A stretch of 64,000 nt of DNA, from positions 612,771 to 676,770 of the forward strand of contig RHPI01003156.1 of the NCBI GenBank assembly GCA_009103225.1, written 5' to 3'. Each line of letters opens with the position of its first letter. Within the stretch, counting starts at the first letter, position 1. Origin of the DNA: Chlorokybus atmophyticus. Lineage: Eukaryota > Plantae > Mesostigma and Chlorokybus algae. Made by a program: the position numbers and the translations under genes. Below are positions 1-29,840 of the stretch, one piece after another. The notes beneath the pieces were generated by a model. The model ran no database searches, had not been told where the DNA came from, and was given only the letters and a program-made list of their open reading frames with translations.

Positions 1-1
1 A

Positions 2-75
<74 letters not shown>

Positions 76-80
76 GAGAN
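1..80. repeat. (AG)n microsatellite ending at an N (scaffold junction)
   Basis: Near-pure AG run 1-79 with a single n at 80. Confidence 0.95.
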
Positions 81-700
81 GGTCGCGGGGCTGAGTGTGG
101 CGGAGGAGTGGCTGTCTCGCTCCTATGCGCACAGCTCCTATACACACACCAGCGCAAGCGTTGGTGGATAAAGAGGGAGAGGCCGGGGTAGGCGTGCATG
201 CGCATGCGCGCACATGTGCACACGCACATGGGGGAGAGAGAGAAAGGTCACAAACCTCGCACACTTGCACGCACACACTCATGAACACTTACTAACACAG
301 CACACACGTTCACAACAATCTGACCAGTCCTAAAAGGTGCACAGGATGAGAGGGGTTGGTTTGGTTGTTTGCTTGATCGACTGCCCTAACGGAGCATACT
401 CGGTGGGGGCAAACAGAATGAGCAATCTGTCACAAAAGCACGTAATCACAGACACAAACATAGGCAGGCGCTTGTGCACACACTCAAACTCACCTGCCGA
501 AAGGCGCCGCCTCCTTGCACACCGCCCTACGCCACCTGATCGCCTGCCTGGCGAGGTCATGGGGTGAGGGGGCAGCTTTGAGGGGCGCTGTCAGTACAAT
601 TTGTTAAACCACTCACCTCGGCTGCTACCAGGCACCGCCTTGGCCTGATTGCCGGCCTGGTCCTGTGGCACAGCTACCTGAGCGTCCTCCGCTGCCGCCG
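81..700 (-). CDS. Possible exons of an unidentified minus-strand gene running off the window start
   Basis: Two segments end in CGAG|GTGAG (~617) and GCAG|GTGAG (~492) donors and join in phase (..AVPQDQAGNQAKAVPGSSR-A-APSPHDLARQAIRWRRAVCKEAAPFG..). No domain recognised. Confidence 0.3.
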
Positions 701-1046
701 CCGCACCTACCCAAAGCCAATTGCAAATGACAATACCAATCTGGCGATGCTTTTCAATTTTCAAATTTTGAAAAATAAATACCAAAACACATTCGCGCTC
801 CAAACCCTCATCTACCGTCGGCCAGCCGTATGCATGTATGTGATTAGTTAGAAGCATTGGGCCATACCACTGGTGCCGTCAATGCATCCCCGCAACAGTG
901 GTATGACCCAGTGCGTACTTTGCAATCTGTGTCTACAATCCAACGAAACCGCACACACGGTTTTTGTTTTTTAAAATATAGTAGTAGGATGACACAATGC
1001 CGTAGTTGTGTTCTATAGTGGCTCGTGAATGCCTATACAGTCCAAC

Positions 1047-1898
1047 CTCCTTGTAATCACACTCGTTCCAAGCACAACCTCGATCTAAGCATATTATTTC
1101 CGGCAACCAACGCGCACTCGGCAAATCACTCCCCAATCTAAGCGCTATCACACTCGATGTAAGCACCCTCTTTAACTGCCTTTTGTGCTTACAAAGAGGG
1201 TATTCATAACAAAGTTAAAATGCGTTGTTTATACGTGTATCATTGTATACACACAATTGCATATATGTACAACAAATAGGCTATGTGCACAAACATGCAC
1301 GTGCAAGCACATACATACTCACGTACACATACACACATACATCACATACATTACACTCATATATATTCATAGTAACGGTATATGTATATGTGAATATACG
1401 CTTTGCAGTTGTAGCAACCACTACATCCTATTTATGTACATAGGTTGTATACATTATATACTTATCTTATGTTTATTAACACTATAATTTAAATACATGT
1501 AATATAAAGATACATGTATCAAATACACGTGATATAAGGATATATGTTACATATATAATACATGCATAGATTATAATAAATTATAACATGTACATGTACA
1601 TCTTGTCAAGTATTTGGATACATTCGTGCATAAACATATATATATGTAAATATACATATTTATATGTATGTGTGTGTACATATTATTATATACATGTGTG
1701 CATATATCCTGTATGCATACATACATGTATGTGTAGTCATGTAGCGGAGTTCCTCGATCTAAGCATAAGGTGTGCTTGAACTTGCAGTAGTCACATTGTG
1801 CTTAGTTCGAAGGTGTCACACCTCGCTGTAAGCACATATTGTGCTTAGATCGAGGAACTCCGCTACATGACTACACATAAATGTATGTATGCATACAG
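1047..1898. repeat. AT-rich TA/CA low-complexity core flanked by clusters of a 14-bp motif (CTCGATSTAAGCAY); possible non-autonomous DNA-element remnant
   Basis: Motif copies at 1062, 1079, 1153, 1753 and 1822 (forward) and 1798 and 1841 (reverse). Weaker copies at 1047, 1117, 1132 and 1772. AT-rich core ~1185-1740. Confidence 0.6.
1709..1898. repeat. Long inverted repeat (57-bp arms, 1 mismatch, 76-bp spacer)
   Basis: 1709-1765 ctgtatgcatacatacatgtatgtgtagtcatgtagcggagttcctcgatctaagca is the reverse complement of 1842-1898 except at one base. Confidence 0.9.
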
Positions 1899-2258
1899 AC
1901 ATATTCCCGCGAGTATGTGTTAATGTACACACATAGATACAGGCATGGTTGGTAACCAACGATGTGGTTAGATCGCGGGCAGACTGTATCCATGTTCGAG
2001 CCCAGCCGCTGTTGACATTGACGTTGTCAAGGATGGCGCCTTGTACTGGCTGTAACCGAACGGCTGACAGGCGCCTTTCGCACACCGGTTTTTCCCTACG
2101 GTTGGGCCCGGTCACAGCGCAATGTCAGCCTACATGCGGCATGTAGGGAAGGGCATGTAGGCATGTAACATGCCTACGTGTGCCCCAGCCTGAATGCACT
2201 GATCGCCCGATGGTGCGCCGGTGCATTTCGGTTGGGGTATTTCCAACGCCCGTTGGGT

Positions 2259-2307
2259 AGAACCTGACCTAGGTACAGAACCTGACCTAGGTACAGAACC
2301 TGACCTA
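2259..2307. repeat. 18-bp tandem repeat, ~2.7 copies (AGAACCTGACCTAGGTAC)
   Basis: Units at 2259, 2277 and 2295 (partial). Confidence 0.9.
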
Positions 2308-4631
2308 CCGCTCGGCTTTACTGTTCTGGACCTAAACTTGAGGTCCTCCAACCCCAAGTTACCCCTTCCGAATCATAGGTTATGATTCTCACGCTTTGAA
2401 TTGCCGCATGCACTCACTGAAGCATAGCATGCACACAACTCGTTGAGGTTGAACTGGACTTCCTGTTGAACCCCGGTACTTACGAAGTACCCCATCATGG
2501 CCTACCTCAGCCTGAGGTAGGCTACCTGGGCAAGTTGCGATAGATCTCCTCGGCAGTAAGCAATCATCCTCGCCTGCGACTGCCGCTCACATGCTAGATT
2601 TTTATTTTGTAGTGACAGGGCCTGCCACCTGGCTCAAGCAGGCGGTGCAGCGCGGCAGCGCAGATCGTTCAAATCGCGCCAAGTGTGTCAGACTGTCGGG
2701 GCTGTTGCACGGTTAGATTGCCAGAAGCTGGGACAGTTAGATTGGCGGGGTCAGATGGCTGAACCGACACGCAGTTCGTTTGCTAGTGTTCGCTGGGTTT
2801 CATTGACGCCACGTTGGTGTGAGTTCTGACATGCACGCCTGCGCACTGCACACCGGCTGATTCGGTTGTGCAGTGACAGGCGTGCTCTGCACAGAAAACG
2901 ATACTCTGCCACTGGCCCCCCCCTTTGCCCCTGTCAACATCCCCGCCTGTCGCGAGGTCAGTCAGATGCCCGCGGCGCGGGCGGGGGGAACTGACATAAC
3001 GTTTGCCAACCGGCTAACGACCGCGTAGTCAATTGTGCGTTGAAGTTAAGCCAGTAAAGTTGGAGGCTCTAACGCTCTTAACCCCAAGCGCTGGATTAGA
3101 CTTCCTAGCCAAGCTCAAGATAACAACAAACCCAAGTCAACCGCGGTACGTGAGCACCTTCATGAACGTTATAGCAAACAACACCATGTGCGTTTTGCTG
3201 TAAGGCATTCGGCTTGGCTGCTACCTGCCTGCGATTGGCGTGCTAGCCGCGGCTGCTAGCTTACTCACTGTAGGCCTCGGCCTACTGCTCCTGCTTGCAG
3301 TACTCTTTCTGTACTACTACTGCTTTGGGTACAGAGTTGGTGTGGTGTGCAGAGTAGTAGGTGTTGGGGTGGGCGCAGCCTGTGGAGGTGGAGGGAGGCT
3401 TCGACGACAGCGGCGTTGCCAGCGCGAGGAGGAGGCTGCGCGCTTGATTGAGAGGAGTTGGCGTTGGAGCTGAGGAGAGGCTTGGTGTGGGAGCTGTAGG
3501 TCAGGGCTTGGTGGTAGGGAGGGAGGAGGTTGTGGTGAGCGTGCTGGTTGCTGGGAGGGGTGGGACGCAGGGTCGGAGCTTAGGCGCTGCGGCTTGCGGC
3601 CTGCCTTGCGACTGCTGCTGCTTCCGCTAAGTAAAGGGGAGATAGTTGATCTGGTTGGGTTCCTTGGTGGTGTGACGGCATTGGTTGCGAGGAGCGGGCA
3701 GCTTGCGCGCCTGGCGAGCTTTAGGTGCGTCTGCTGTGTGCTATGCCGTGTGTTGGCCTTACAGTTGTAAAAAGCATGCTTTCCCTTGTATATGGACTGC
3801 TGTGCGTGGCATTTTGTCATTTAGTAATGCTATGTAGGAACAAGTGTTTTGTTGCTACACAGCGTTCATAGCGTTTAGTCAGAGTAGGTTGACAATGTCA
3901 GCGTGCTGTGTTGCTTGCTGGCTTAAGCAGCAGGTGTATACATAGAAAGGAAGCCTGTAGCCCTTTTCTGCGAATTGTACTACTTGCTAATTCAGCAGCG
4001 GTGTTTGCACGCTCCGCGCAGCAAGCGGTAAACAGCAGGCGTATTTACTTTGCAGAGAGTAGCTTGCGAATGCTCTGCTTGCCAAGTCGTTCGACTAGAG
4101 CCAGCACTAGTAGCCCTTCCTGTGCAGAGCACTTGATGTTACCAGGTCAGCAGGCAGGACAGCTGGCATTGGCTCTTCGTCTTGCTCTCCTGTCATTGCG
4201 CAACATAAAGTGAGACGCCGCTTTCAAGCAGACACTTGCTTAGCGCTTGGTACTGGTGACTACGATGTCCTCCCCTGGCCCTTTGCCTTGTCTGTCGGGT
4301 GCTAGGCCAGGGCGCTTACTGCTGACAGCTTGTTTCTAGAGTATGCAACGCTCATCATCTTTTGTGACAGAACTGTGTGGGGTGCTCGCTGCTTGGGGTG
4401 GCATCAGTGTAGTGGGTGGCATCAGGACACACCTTTGCTCGCTACTACTTGTGGCCGGAATCGGAATCAGAAACCTCCATGAGTAGGGGCCTATCACCGT
4501 CACCACGCTCATCTGATGAGCGGTCTTGACCGCCACGGGGCGCTGGAGAGTCAAGTTGTGAATGAGCGACGTTCAACTGCCGGTCAGTTCAACAGCTACC
4601 TTGCACCCATACATTTCAGCAATTGCCCTTC

Positions 4632-7600
4632 ATGGCGCTTGTTCTAATGGTGGAATCTGTGCTCTCAGTGTTGAATGAATTTTCACAAAGTGACTGCAAT
4701 GATGGTGGCTGCCAACGGCTGGCAGAGGCTGGTAAAAATGACAGGTTGCAGCAGTTTGAGCCCAGATTCCTACCTAGTAGGGCTGGCAGCCTTCCGATGT
4801 CTGGATGCTCAGTAGTTACTCCGTCTTTTAGTAGAGAGTTGGACGCGTATACGCGAGTTGACCCTGGCGCATACGACAACGGACAGAGCAGACGTGTTTC
4901 ACAGCCGTTGAGCACTGAAGCACAGGCAGCATCAGGCAGCAATCTGGCGAGTACTTCTCAGGGAGTCATGCAGGTATGCCCTGTGCACGTCGAGACTGCT
5001 GTAATGTTCAACGATGGCCAGGTTAACAGTTTGCCTGTTGTCTTGCACTAGCCTGCCCTGGGGTCTTCAAGACTGCCGCGCGCTCTAGGGCCTCCTGTCA
5101 CCTCAGGGTTTTTGAGGCATTTTGGTATCGAACCACTGCCCACTGGAGTTGTGGCTCCGGCAGCAAGGTATGGGGACGTGGGTTAGCACAGAGTAGTTGG
5201 GAGGTGTTGTGTTGACATGCTCCTACCCTTGCAGTGCGGCATCAGACAGCCTGGTGTCAGCACAAGTTGTGCCTCTTTGCCAAGAAGATTATCGCACAAG
5301 GTTGTAGAAGTGTCGCTCACGCATGCCGTTTCACCATGTTGTTTTGGTGGTTTCTCAACTCATATGTCTGCAAACAGTTTGCCGCTTGGGAAGGCTTCTC
5401 CAAATGCACATGGGTTTGAAGTTCCGGACATGGCACCACTCAAAGCTAGCACTGTGCGCGGCAGTGGGCCATCTGCGCCAGTCAGTGAGCCTGCAGGCCC
5501 ATCTACACCCGCTGCAGACACCACCTTTCAAGTGAGGTGGCCTGGGGAGCGCATGCAGAGTTTGCAGGGAAGAAACGTGCCTCACGTCCGGCTTACTGAT
5601 GGAAGCAGGTCCTTGGTGTAAGCTGTTCATACACTTCCCTAGGCTTTGCGATTGTCATTGTGTTCTTACTGTTTGCTGTCGTTTGCAGATTAATGCAGCT
5701 CTCAACTTCGCGACCTGACGGTACACCAGCCACTTCCTTCAATATGTCGTTACTGCATGATCAAATTTCTAGCGCTGCTGGCCTGCCCAATACTGGCAAC
5801 CTGAAGCCTGCTGGAAACTGGCGAGAGCAGATATGCCCATCAGAGCATGTAAGCTTCTACACTTGCTCATCTTAGACACGGTGCACCTGTGTTGTTATTA
5901 TGCAACCTGCTGCACATGCATGTGCAGTTGTATTGAGCTGCTCATGTATCACAGGAAGACAGCTGGAAGCCTGTCCCACTTCAGGACGACAGCTGGAGGC
6001 CTGCCCCATCCTCAGCTCCTCCAGCCTCATCCTTGCGTAAGGACCGCCTTGTGAGAAAGAGTGCGGAGGAGCCGGACATGAGAGATCGCAACGTCCGCCT
6101 CAAGCGGGATGAAGCTGTCTCTGCCTCCCATCCTGAAGCTGATCTTCGAAGGGCAGGTACCTGACTCTTGGTCGGAACTCTTGATCTGCCTCTGCTGCTC
6201 GTACTTGGTGGCATTGCTTGCACCATACGCCGCATCTTGTAGTGCAATCCATGCGTATTGTCACAAGTGGTGCGTTTGTCACTCATGCGGCGAACAGCCG
6301 TCAAGCGCATGGCGCACCGTGATCCCCATCCCCATTACCCACAACCACCGAATCTAACAACTCATCAACGATCTGGATGGACTGTCTATACAGACCCCGA
6401 ACTGGACGACGCGCACAATGCGGACCCCCCTTGTCAATCAGACCCTCTTCCAGTAGGCACACCTACTGCTGCAGATAACTGGGATGCACGTGACGGCGGT
6501 GCTCAGCATAATGAATCGCCAACATCTGTTGCCCCTCTCCTGCTCCTGCAGGGGGTTCCAGGATATGCTGGAACTGGAGGTGGGCCAAGTCAAGGTCGCA
6601 GGTTCGTCTTGTAGCCATGAGCATCATGCCGCACGTTGTGCTGCGCCTCTCATTGTGCGATGTGGCCTTCAAGCTGTTATGTGCATGCTGCCTCACCAAT
6701 CTGATTATCACAGTGGTCCTAGTGGAATGGCGACGCCAGATGCCAGTAGATGGGATGATCCCCGGGCTCGGTGGATGGAGAATTGCTATCAGCGCCACGC
6801 AGCTTCTCTAGACAGGCACAAGCAATGCTACCCGCACCCATCGCCATGCGTTAGTATTTCAGGCGATACAACGGTTTATAGAGAGCAGCTGAAGGACATC
6901 TACGGCCCTGCTGGTACAGTCAATGTTGGATGCATACGGTGGAAGATGATTATGCAGTGTTTGTTCTGCAATCTGACAATGTTCTGTGCTTCGCAGAAAG
7001 CAGCATGCAAAGCGAAGGCGCTTCGCAGAGTTTCCAACGCTATGGCTTGCCTCACCAATACATGTCCAAGCTGCCGGCTGCGCCTCCGAGAACGGCATCA
7101 GCTGCTGTTAGCAGTGGCCAGAGCATGCAAAGAGCAGCGACAGTCAGTTTTATGCACCCTGCAGATTATACCAACTTTGCCCCATACCCTGCGGACGCTG
7201 ATCCACGGTATTCGTATCTTCCATATATGCTACCTGGGGGCGGCATGTATTGGTACGCTGTGCCGAGCTGGACAGGACTGACAGCGGGGTCATCACCTTC
7301 AATACCAGCAGGCCCGATAGCCCCCATAGCGCCTATGACTGCACCGCTGAGCATGCACACCCCCACACCGGCTGGCTTCCCGTACACCTTCCCCACATTT
7401 CCGCCAGCAACACCTGCACCATCATATGGATATCCTGGTGTTCCGCCATACGTAACACCCGCGGCACCCGCAGCGCCTTTCATGGCTCCCTCTGCTCTCG
7501 GTGCGCTGCCGACATCCCACATGGCGTTCTACCAACCTGTTGTCCCTCCAGTTGTTCCCCCACAGTTCCCTGGCGCACTGCCAGGCATGGCTGCAACCTC

Positions 7601-7754
7601 GCCATTGACAATTCCCATGACGGCCGCCTTGCTTGCACCCCCAACACAAGCGCCACCCCCTGTGGCAATGGCACATTCTCATCCCTCGGTAAGCTTCAGC
7701 TCAGTGGCTCAAGGGCATAACATGCGGGCGCCGAGCAGTGGATCCAGAAGATAG
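4632..7754 (+). CDS. Putative multi-exon orphan gene for a low-complexity (S/P/A-rich, Pro/Tyr/Met-rich C-terminal) disordered protein
   Basis: A chain of GT-AG-bounded segments joins with consistent phase (e.g. ..GVMQ|PALGSS..AAR/S|..DTTFQ|LSTSRP..PSEH|EDSWKP..DLRRA|AVKRMAH..). The 274-aa ORF 6930-7754 forms the last large exon. Start, end and some junctions are uncertain; no known domain recognised. Confidence 0.5.
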
Positions 7755-8733
7755 TATACCGCGACTTGCGTGATATTCTAGTGGTGTTGTTAAGCGTGCT
7801 TCTTGGAAGGCTGCTGCCGCCTTCCACCCGCTCTAGTTGTAGCTGCCTTTTGGCTATGGCGTTGGCCTTGATTGTGAATACGTTTTTTGGTGGCATTAGG
7901 TCCTGGTAGTAGCCGCGAACAAATTGCTGCTGCTTGCTCGCGGCTTGCGCTGCAGCTGATGTGCGTGCTTGATTTGGATGTAGGTCGCTGCTTGTATTGG
8001 ACTGGTTTGTGTGGCGTTGCTGTTGTGCCTGTATAGCTGACAGTGCGCCAGTAATGTGGCAAGGTGTACTAAGAGATGGCAGTCACTGCGCAGTCCAAGT
8101 GAAGGGCTGTTACTTTTGGGGTGTACATTGTTTATGGCACACGTGCTTGTTGCATGCATTATTTGTTTTCTGTACACAATGCGCAGCATATGCCAACACA
8201 TGCTTGTGGTATGCACCCCTCGTCCAGCGGGTCAGCCCTCACTACATTACATGTTTACCTTGTGTTTACCACAGCCATGGATGCCAAAGCCGCGTCTCGC
8301 ACAAGTGACCCACAACCATGCATGAACAGCCCTTGCATGACGACAAATGTCTGTAGCATTAAATTTGGCAAGATGATGGCAAGCCTGTGCTATGGGTATG
8401 TGCCAGACACCACCTGCTTGCTGTTCTACCATGGCGCTATTGTTGAGCTGCTGTGTGACACTACATTACATGCACTGGATGGTAAATATGCAAGCCATCA
8501 GCTGCTCACATGTGGCAGCAGTGCAGTAGAGTACAACGGGACATACAGCAACAAGAGTTGTCGACAATCGGTAAATAAAGCCACCAGCCACACACTTATT
8601 GCAGCAGTGCGATAGATCTCAACAAGAGCTGTGTACAACTGGTACAATGGCACTGTGTGAGAATACGCTGGTACACAACAGCATGCAAGTCTCAACCAAC
8701 ATTGTTATCTTACAGAACACAAAACTACAGCTA

Positions 8734-25627
<16,894 letters not shown>

Positions 25628-27079
25628 CCTTGCCTGACTTGTCATCCTGCTCATCTGGTTTACAACAGCCGACAAGCAAATGAGTTGAGCCCAACCTTTC
25701 TTCACAAAGTGCGGTCAACTAGCAACAGGTGTACGTAGCAGCAGTGAAGTAGTTGTGCTTATAAATTTAGTGACACCGATGACGTCGCAATCAGTGCCAC
25801 GCTCAATGTGAAGGTGGTGACGACAGTTTGCACCAGCTCTGTGTGCATGCTGGCAGATCACACATGCGTGTATGCAAGCGCTTGTGGGCGAGGGTGACCC
25901 AAGGCACATACGCACGCACAAAAGCACTCACTCACGACCAAATGAAAGTCCCAACTGTTTGCCTCCCACCAGACATGACACGCCGTACACCACCAGTTAT
26001 TGCTTCGAGCAGGGTTGGGGTCAGCACTGGTATGTGCTTAGTTGCTGAGTTGATTGAAAGACAGCTACGATGAAATTGTACGGTGCGGTGTGCAAAGACA
26101 AGAGCAACTGATTAATACTTGCAGAAACAGTGCATGAAAAGCAAACCAAGACCATGTCATCGGCCAGTACACAACGCCAGATTTAAACACAGCAAGGGAC
26201 ACGGTCCGTTAAGCGACTGCAGGCATCCCTGATCCGAAGCTCTACAAATGAACGTACCACAACAGATGGGCTCCCAATTGGTGCCACCTGCGGTAACATA
26301 CCGCTGATCCTCCTTAGTAGTCAGCGTCCTCCCCCTTCATTGCCTCCCAAGCATAGCGAGTCCACTGTATAGTTGTTTACACCAATGTTGCACGCCGCTA
26401 GGCACACCGATCACATGGTCCACGACAATGACCGCCGCCGCCGTCTCCGCCGGTTGAATCGGCACAGGTACTTGTATGAGAAGAGAGTCAGAGTTTACGT
26501 TATTGATGACCCGTACGTGCGTTGCCGTTGCAGAAGAGAAACACCAGGTCAGTCACGTGACATGGACAGCTCCGAACGTTTGGAAGCCAAGATGGAAGGT
26601 TTTACTCCATAAGGAACTTCCAAGACTTGGGTGTGGCAACTTTTGACAACTTCTTACCGCCAATATTAACTCTGGCTAGTCCACCAGGCCTAAAGCGACG
26701 GCGGTGGCGGTGGCCTGCTTGACGGCCTCAGTCAGTAAGGGTGTGCGGGTTGCTACTTGGCCGAATCAAAGAGAACAGACATGCAACCCTACAACTACTT
26801 TTCCAACTTAATCACTCAAATGCAAGCAAGTTTAAGTGATCAAATGGCAACAAACTAACAACTTCGTGATAAGATTGCCGCTGCTCTTCGTAATAGCATT
26901 GCCGCCGCCGCCGCCGCCGCCGCCGGCAGCGCTCGGCAAGCCAACTAGGTGGCTGCACAGACGGGCAGATAAGGGCAAGAGGAAGGTGCACATGTCCAGC
27001 AAGCCTCACAAGGTCTCATATAGCTTGTTGCGTGCAAGTTGGTTTGTGGAGTTGAATGTTCACTCCACATCATGTTCAG

Positions 27080-27870
27080 GCCAGCGCAGGACCATTAGCG
27101 CCAGCTGGCAAGCCTATCTCGTTGGAACGTTTACAAAATGATGAAGCAAGGCGGTACAGCGACTAGACTCTGGTTATTCAAGGGGAGCGCTTTCACGTCT
27201 CCAAGTGGCTCATGCCCAGGTACAACAGCGTGGTCGTCGACATGCTTGCCTCCACTGACTGCAACCAAGTGAGTTCGCACTGATTATGTTTGTGTGAGTA
27301 GTTGCGCAATGGCATTGTAATGTTTCGCTCAGTCCATTATCGTGTTTAAATCTTCAAAAGTACGGGAGTTGAGTATTGAAGACGAAAATGCTACCCCCAT
27401 GTATTTTGCGGAGTTTTGTCACTCACCTCGCTCCCGACAGTCAACTCACAGTTGTGACAAAGGTGAACAACTCTTGCTTATGCAGGCATTGTCATGCATG
27501 CATTAACCCGACATTGTGCAATCTGCTGAACTGCAAGCAACATGCCAACATATGCCAATTTGTCTGGTAGGATACTGTAGGGCCGTTGCTAGCACTGGTG
27601 GACATGAACAATGTGCCAATGGTCATAAGCCGCTGCGAACAATACTTGATAGAGCATCTCAAAACTCTGCCATTCTTGCTCAAAGGTATGGCGTGCAGAA
27701 TGCCCAAAGCGTTTGCATCAACCATCTCATCAGAGCGGACATTTCCATTCGTGAGTTGGACGACCCATAGATGAAGCTGCTGGACAGTGCGACGCTGCAC
27801 AACAGTTTAGTCAAAGTGCTCAAGGCCAAGAGGCAGCTGCTGGCGAGCTATCAACTTTTCACGCAAATCA
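27080..27870 (+). pseudogene. BTB/POZ-domain pseudogene
   Basis: LERLQNDEARRYSD*TLVIQGERFHVSKWLMPRYNSVVVDML has an in-frame TAG at 27164-27166. The later segment LLALVDMNNVPMVISRCEQYLIEHL shifts frame near 27660 to NSAILAQRYGVQNAQSVCINHLI, with a further TAG at 27768-27770. Confidence 0.7.
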
Positions 27871-28183
27871 AACCGCTCACCGCAAATGCGTTTGGAGCAG
27901 TATCTCCAAACGCAATTGCAGGTTTCAGCTTTGGAGCTCCAGCTGCTCCGTTTGGTATACTATACCAAGCTAGTAGCTCTTCAACTCCCTTCTACTACAA
28001 CCTCTTCATCAGCTATCTCTTACATTCAATACCCCAACAACACCATCTTCCCCGCATAGGCTTTAAAGGCTTGTGCAAGTCCATTTTTGCTTCATTATGT
28101 ACATAGGGTCGTGCATGTGTTAAGCTTCAGCACACCCCTAACTTGCAAGTCCTCTTAGAGGTGTATATACAGCGCGCGCAAGA

Positions 28184-28434
<251 letters not shown>

Positions 28435-29840
28435 CTCATTAATGCACGTTGCATATGCTGTACAGAATAGCAGACAAAGTTGCTTCTCAAGCAGCTTCGC
28501 ATGCATGCAGGTGCTCTTCCTGCAATTACGTACAAATATCACCAGTTGCTGCAGACAGTAGGAATAGTAATATCAGTTATGTGTACTGACGTGTAGTCCA
28601 ATCCTTGATGTTTACAAGATAATGCTCATTTTTAAAAAGGCATGTGATGACACGCTTGAAGTGACCTATTGAATCATTGACTATATTCAAGCATATTTGT
28701 TTTGGTATTGCAACATTGCACAAAAACTGCGCAACACGCATACACATGCGCGACAGATGCAACGGACCCAGCATGATGTCATCATGCAGTTTGCTACTGT
28801 GACACTATTCATATGAACCACCGGGCTACTATCACTCGCTAACTTCACCATCCAAGTTACTGCCCACACCCCGTTAGCCATAGCAAACAGTACATGCATG
28901 TAGTACATGCCCACATGGGCTGTGTGTGAATCATCATGTCATGTGCGCTTGATAAGCCATACTACACGAAGCACGTGCGCATTGAGTCTTAATGTGTTAA
29001 CTCGTAATTTTTATTGCCACATTCTGCGTCTCCTCCTCGCAAGTACAATACTTGCTGTATAGACTCTGGCGGTGGGGGCTAGTGGGCTTCGTCGTTGGCA
29101 TCATTGTTGTTGTCTAAGACCTCGATTTGCCTGCCTGCCAGCGCCGTCTTAACCTCAGTCTGTGTGGTGGCAGCACTGCCAGCAAACGCTTGTCAATGAC
29201 AATAGACGGTTGACTGCCTTTGCCTGCTATTGCCATGAAAAGCTGTTGGTATTTTTGCGGAATTCTCAGCCCCTGCTGCCTATTACTCTGCCTATCTTTA
29301 CACATAGGTTCAAGTATCCAACCCCTTAGTCCTAGCTGCTTGCCTTGTTTGTTGTTTATGTGCTTGTTTGCTATGTGCTTAACCATGACCAATGGCGCCT
29401 CTATTGTACCATATACTTGCTGCTAGTGTGGAGCCAATCCGTGGAAAACTCTCAACACATCTTACAGCGTTTTTTGCTTTAAACTCTTGTACAAGTCACA
29501 TAGAGTCTCCATGACAGACAGGAACTGAGCTGCATGCCGGCTTTATCCAGCGCCGCCCGCTGATGTGGCGGTCACTACCAGATCAGGACGGTTGTCCGTC
29601 GTCCGATCGCGCCGTTGCAACCCGTACGGCACAGTCAGCTGCCACCTTTGCGTCCTGTACAAAGCGACAAAAACGATAAGCACAAAAGCAGATGAATGCT
29701 TTGTCTGTCGCCTGCGCCACGTGGCAGGGCGGCGGCGGCGGTGGTGTAGTGGAGCTGGTAGAGGTGGTGGTGGCGTCGGTGGAGCTGGTGGAGCTGGTGT
29801 AGAGAGTGATTCCTGTAACGTAGTGTTGGTCGGCGGGAGC

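Noticed and set aside
1047-2307. CRISPR-like array reading of the 14-bp and 18-bp repeats
   Set aside because: Repeats are short, degenerate, in mixed orientation or directly abutting, with no regular unique spacers. The context is eukaryotic and has no cas genes.
3240-3820. 167-aa minus ORF and overlapping plus ORFs (possible retroelement remnant)
   Set aside because: Low complexity, with no gag, RT, integrase or zinc-knuckle motif that I can support.
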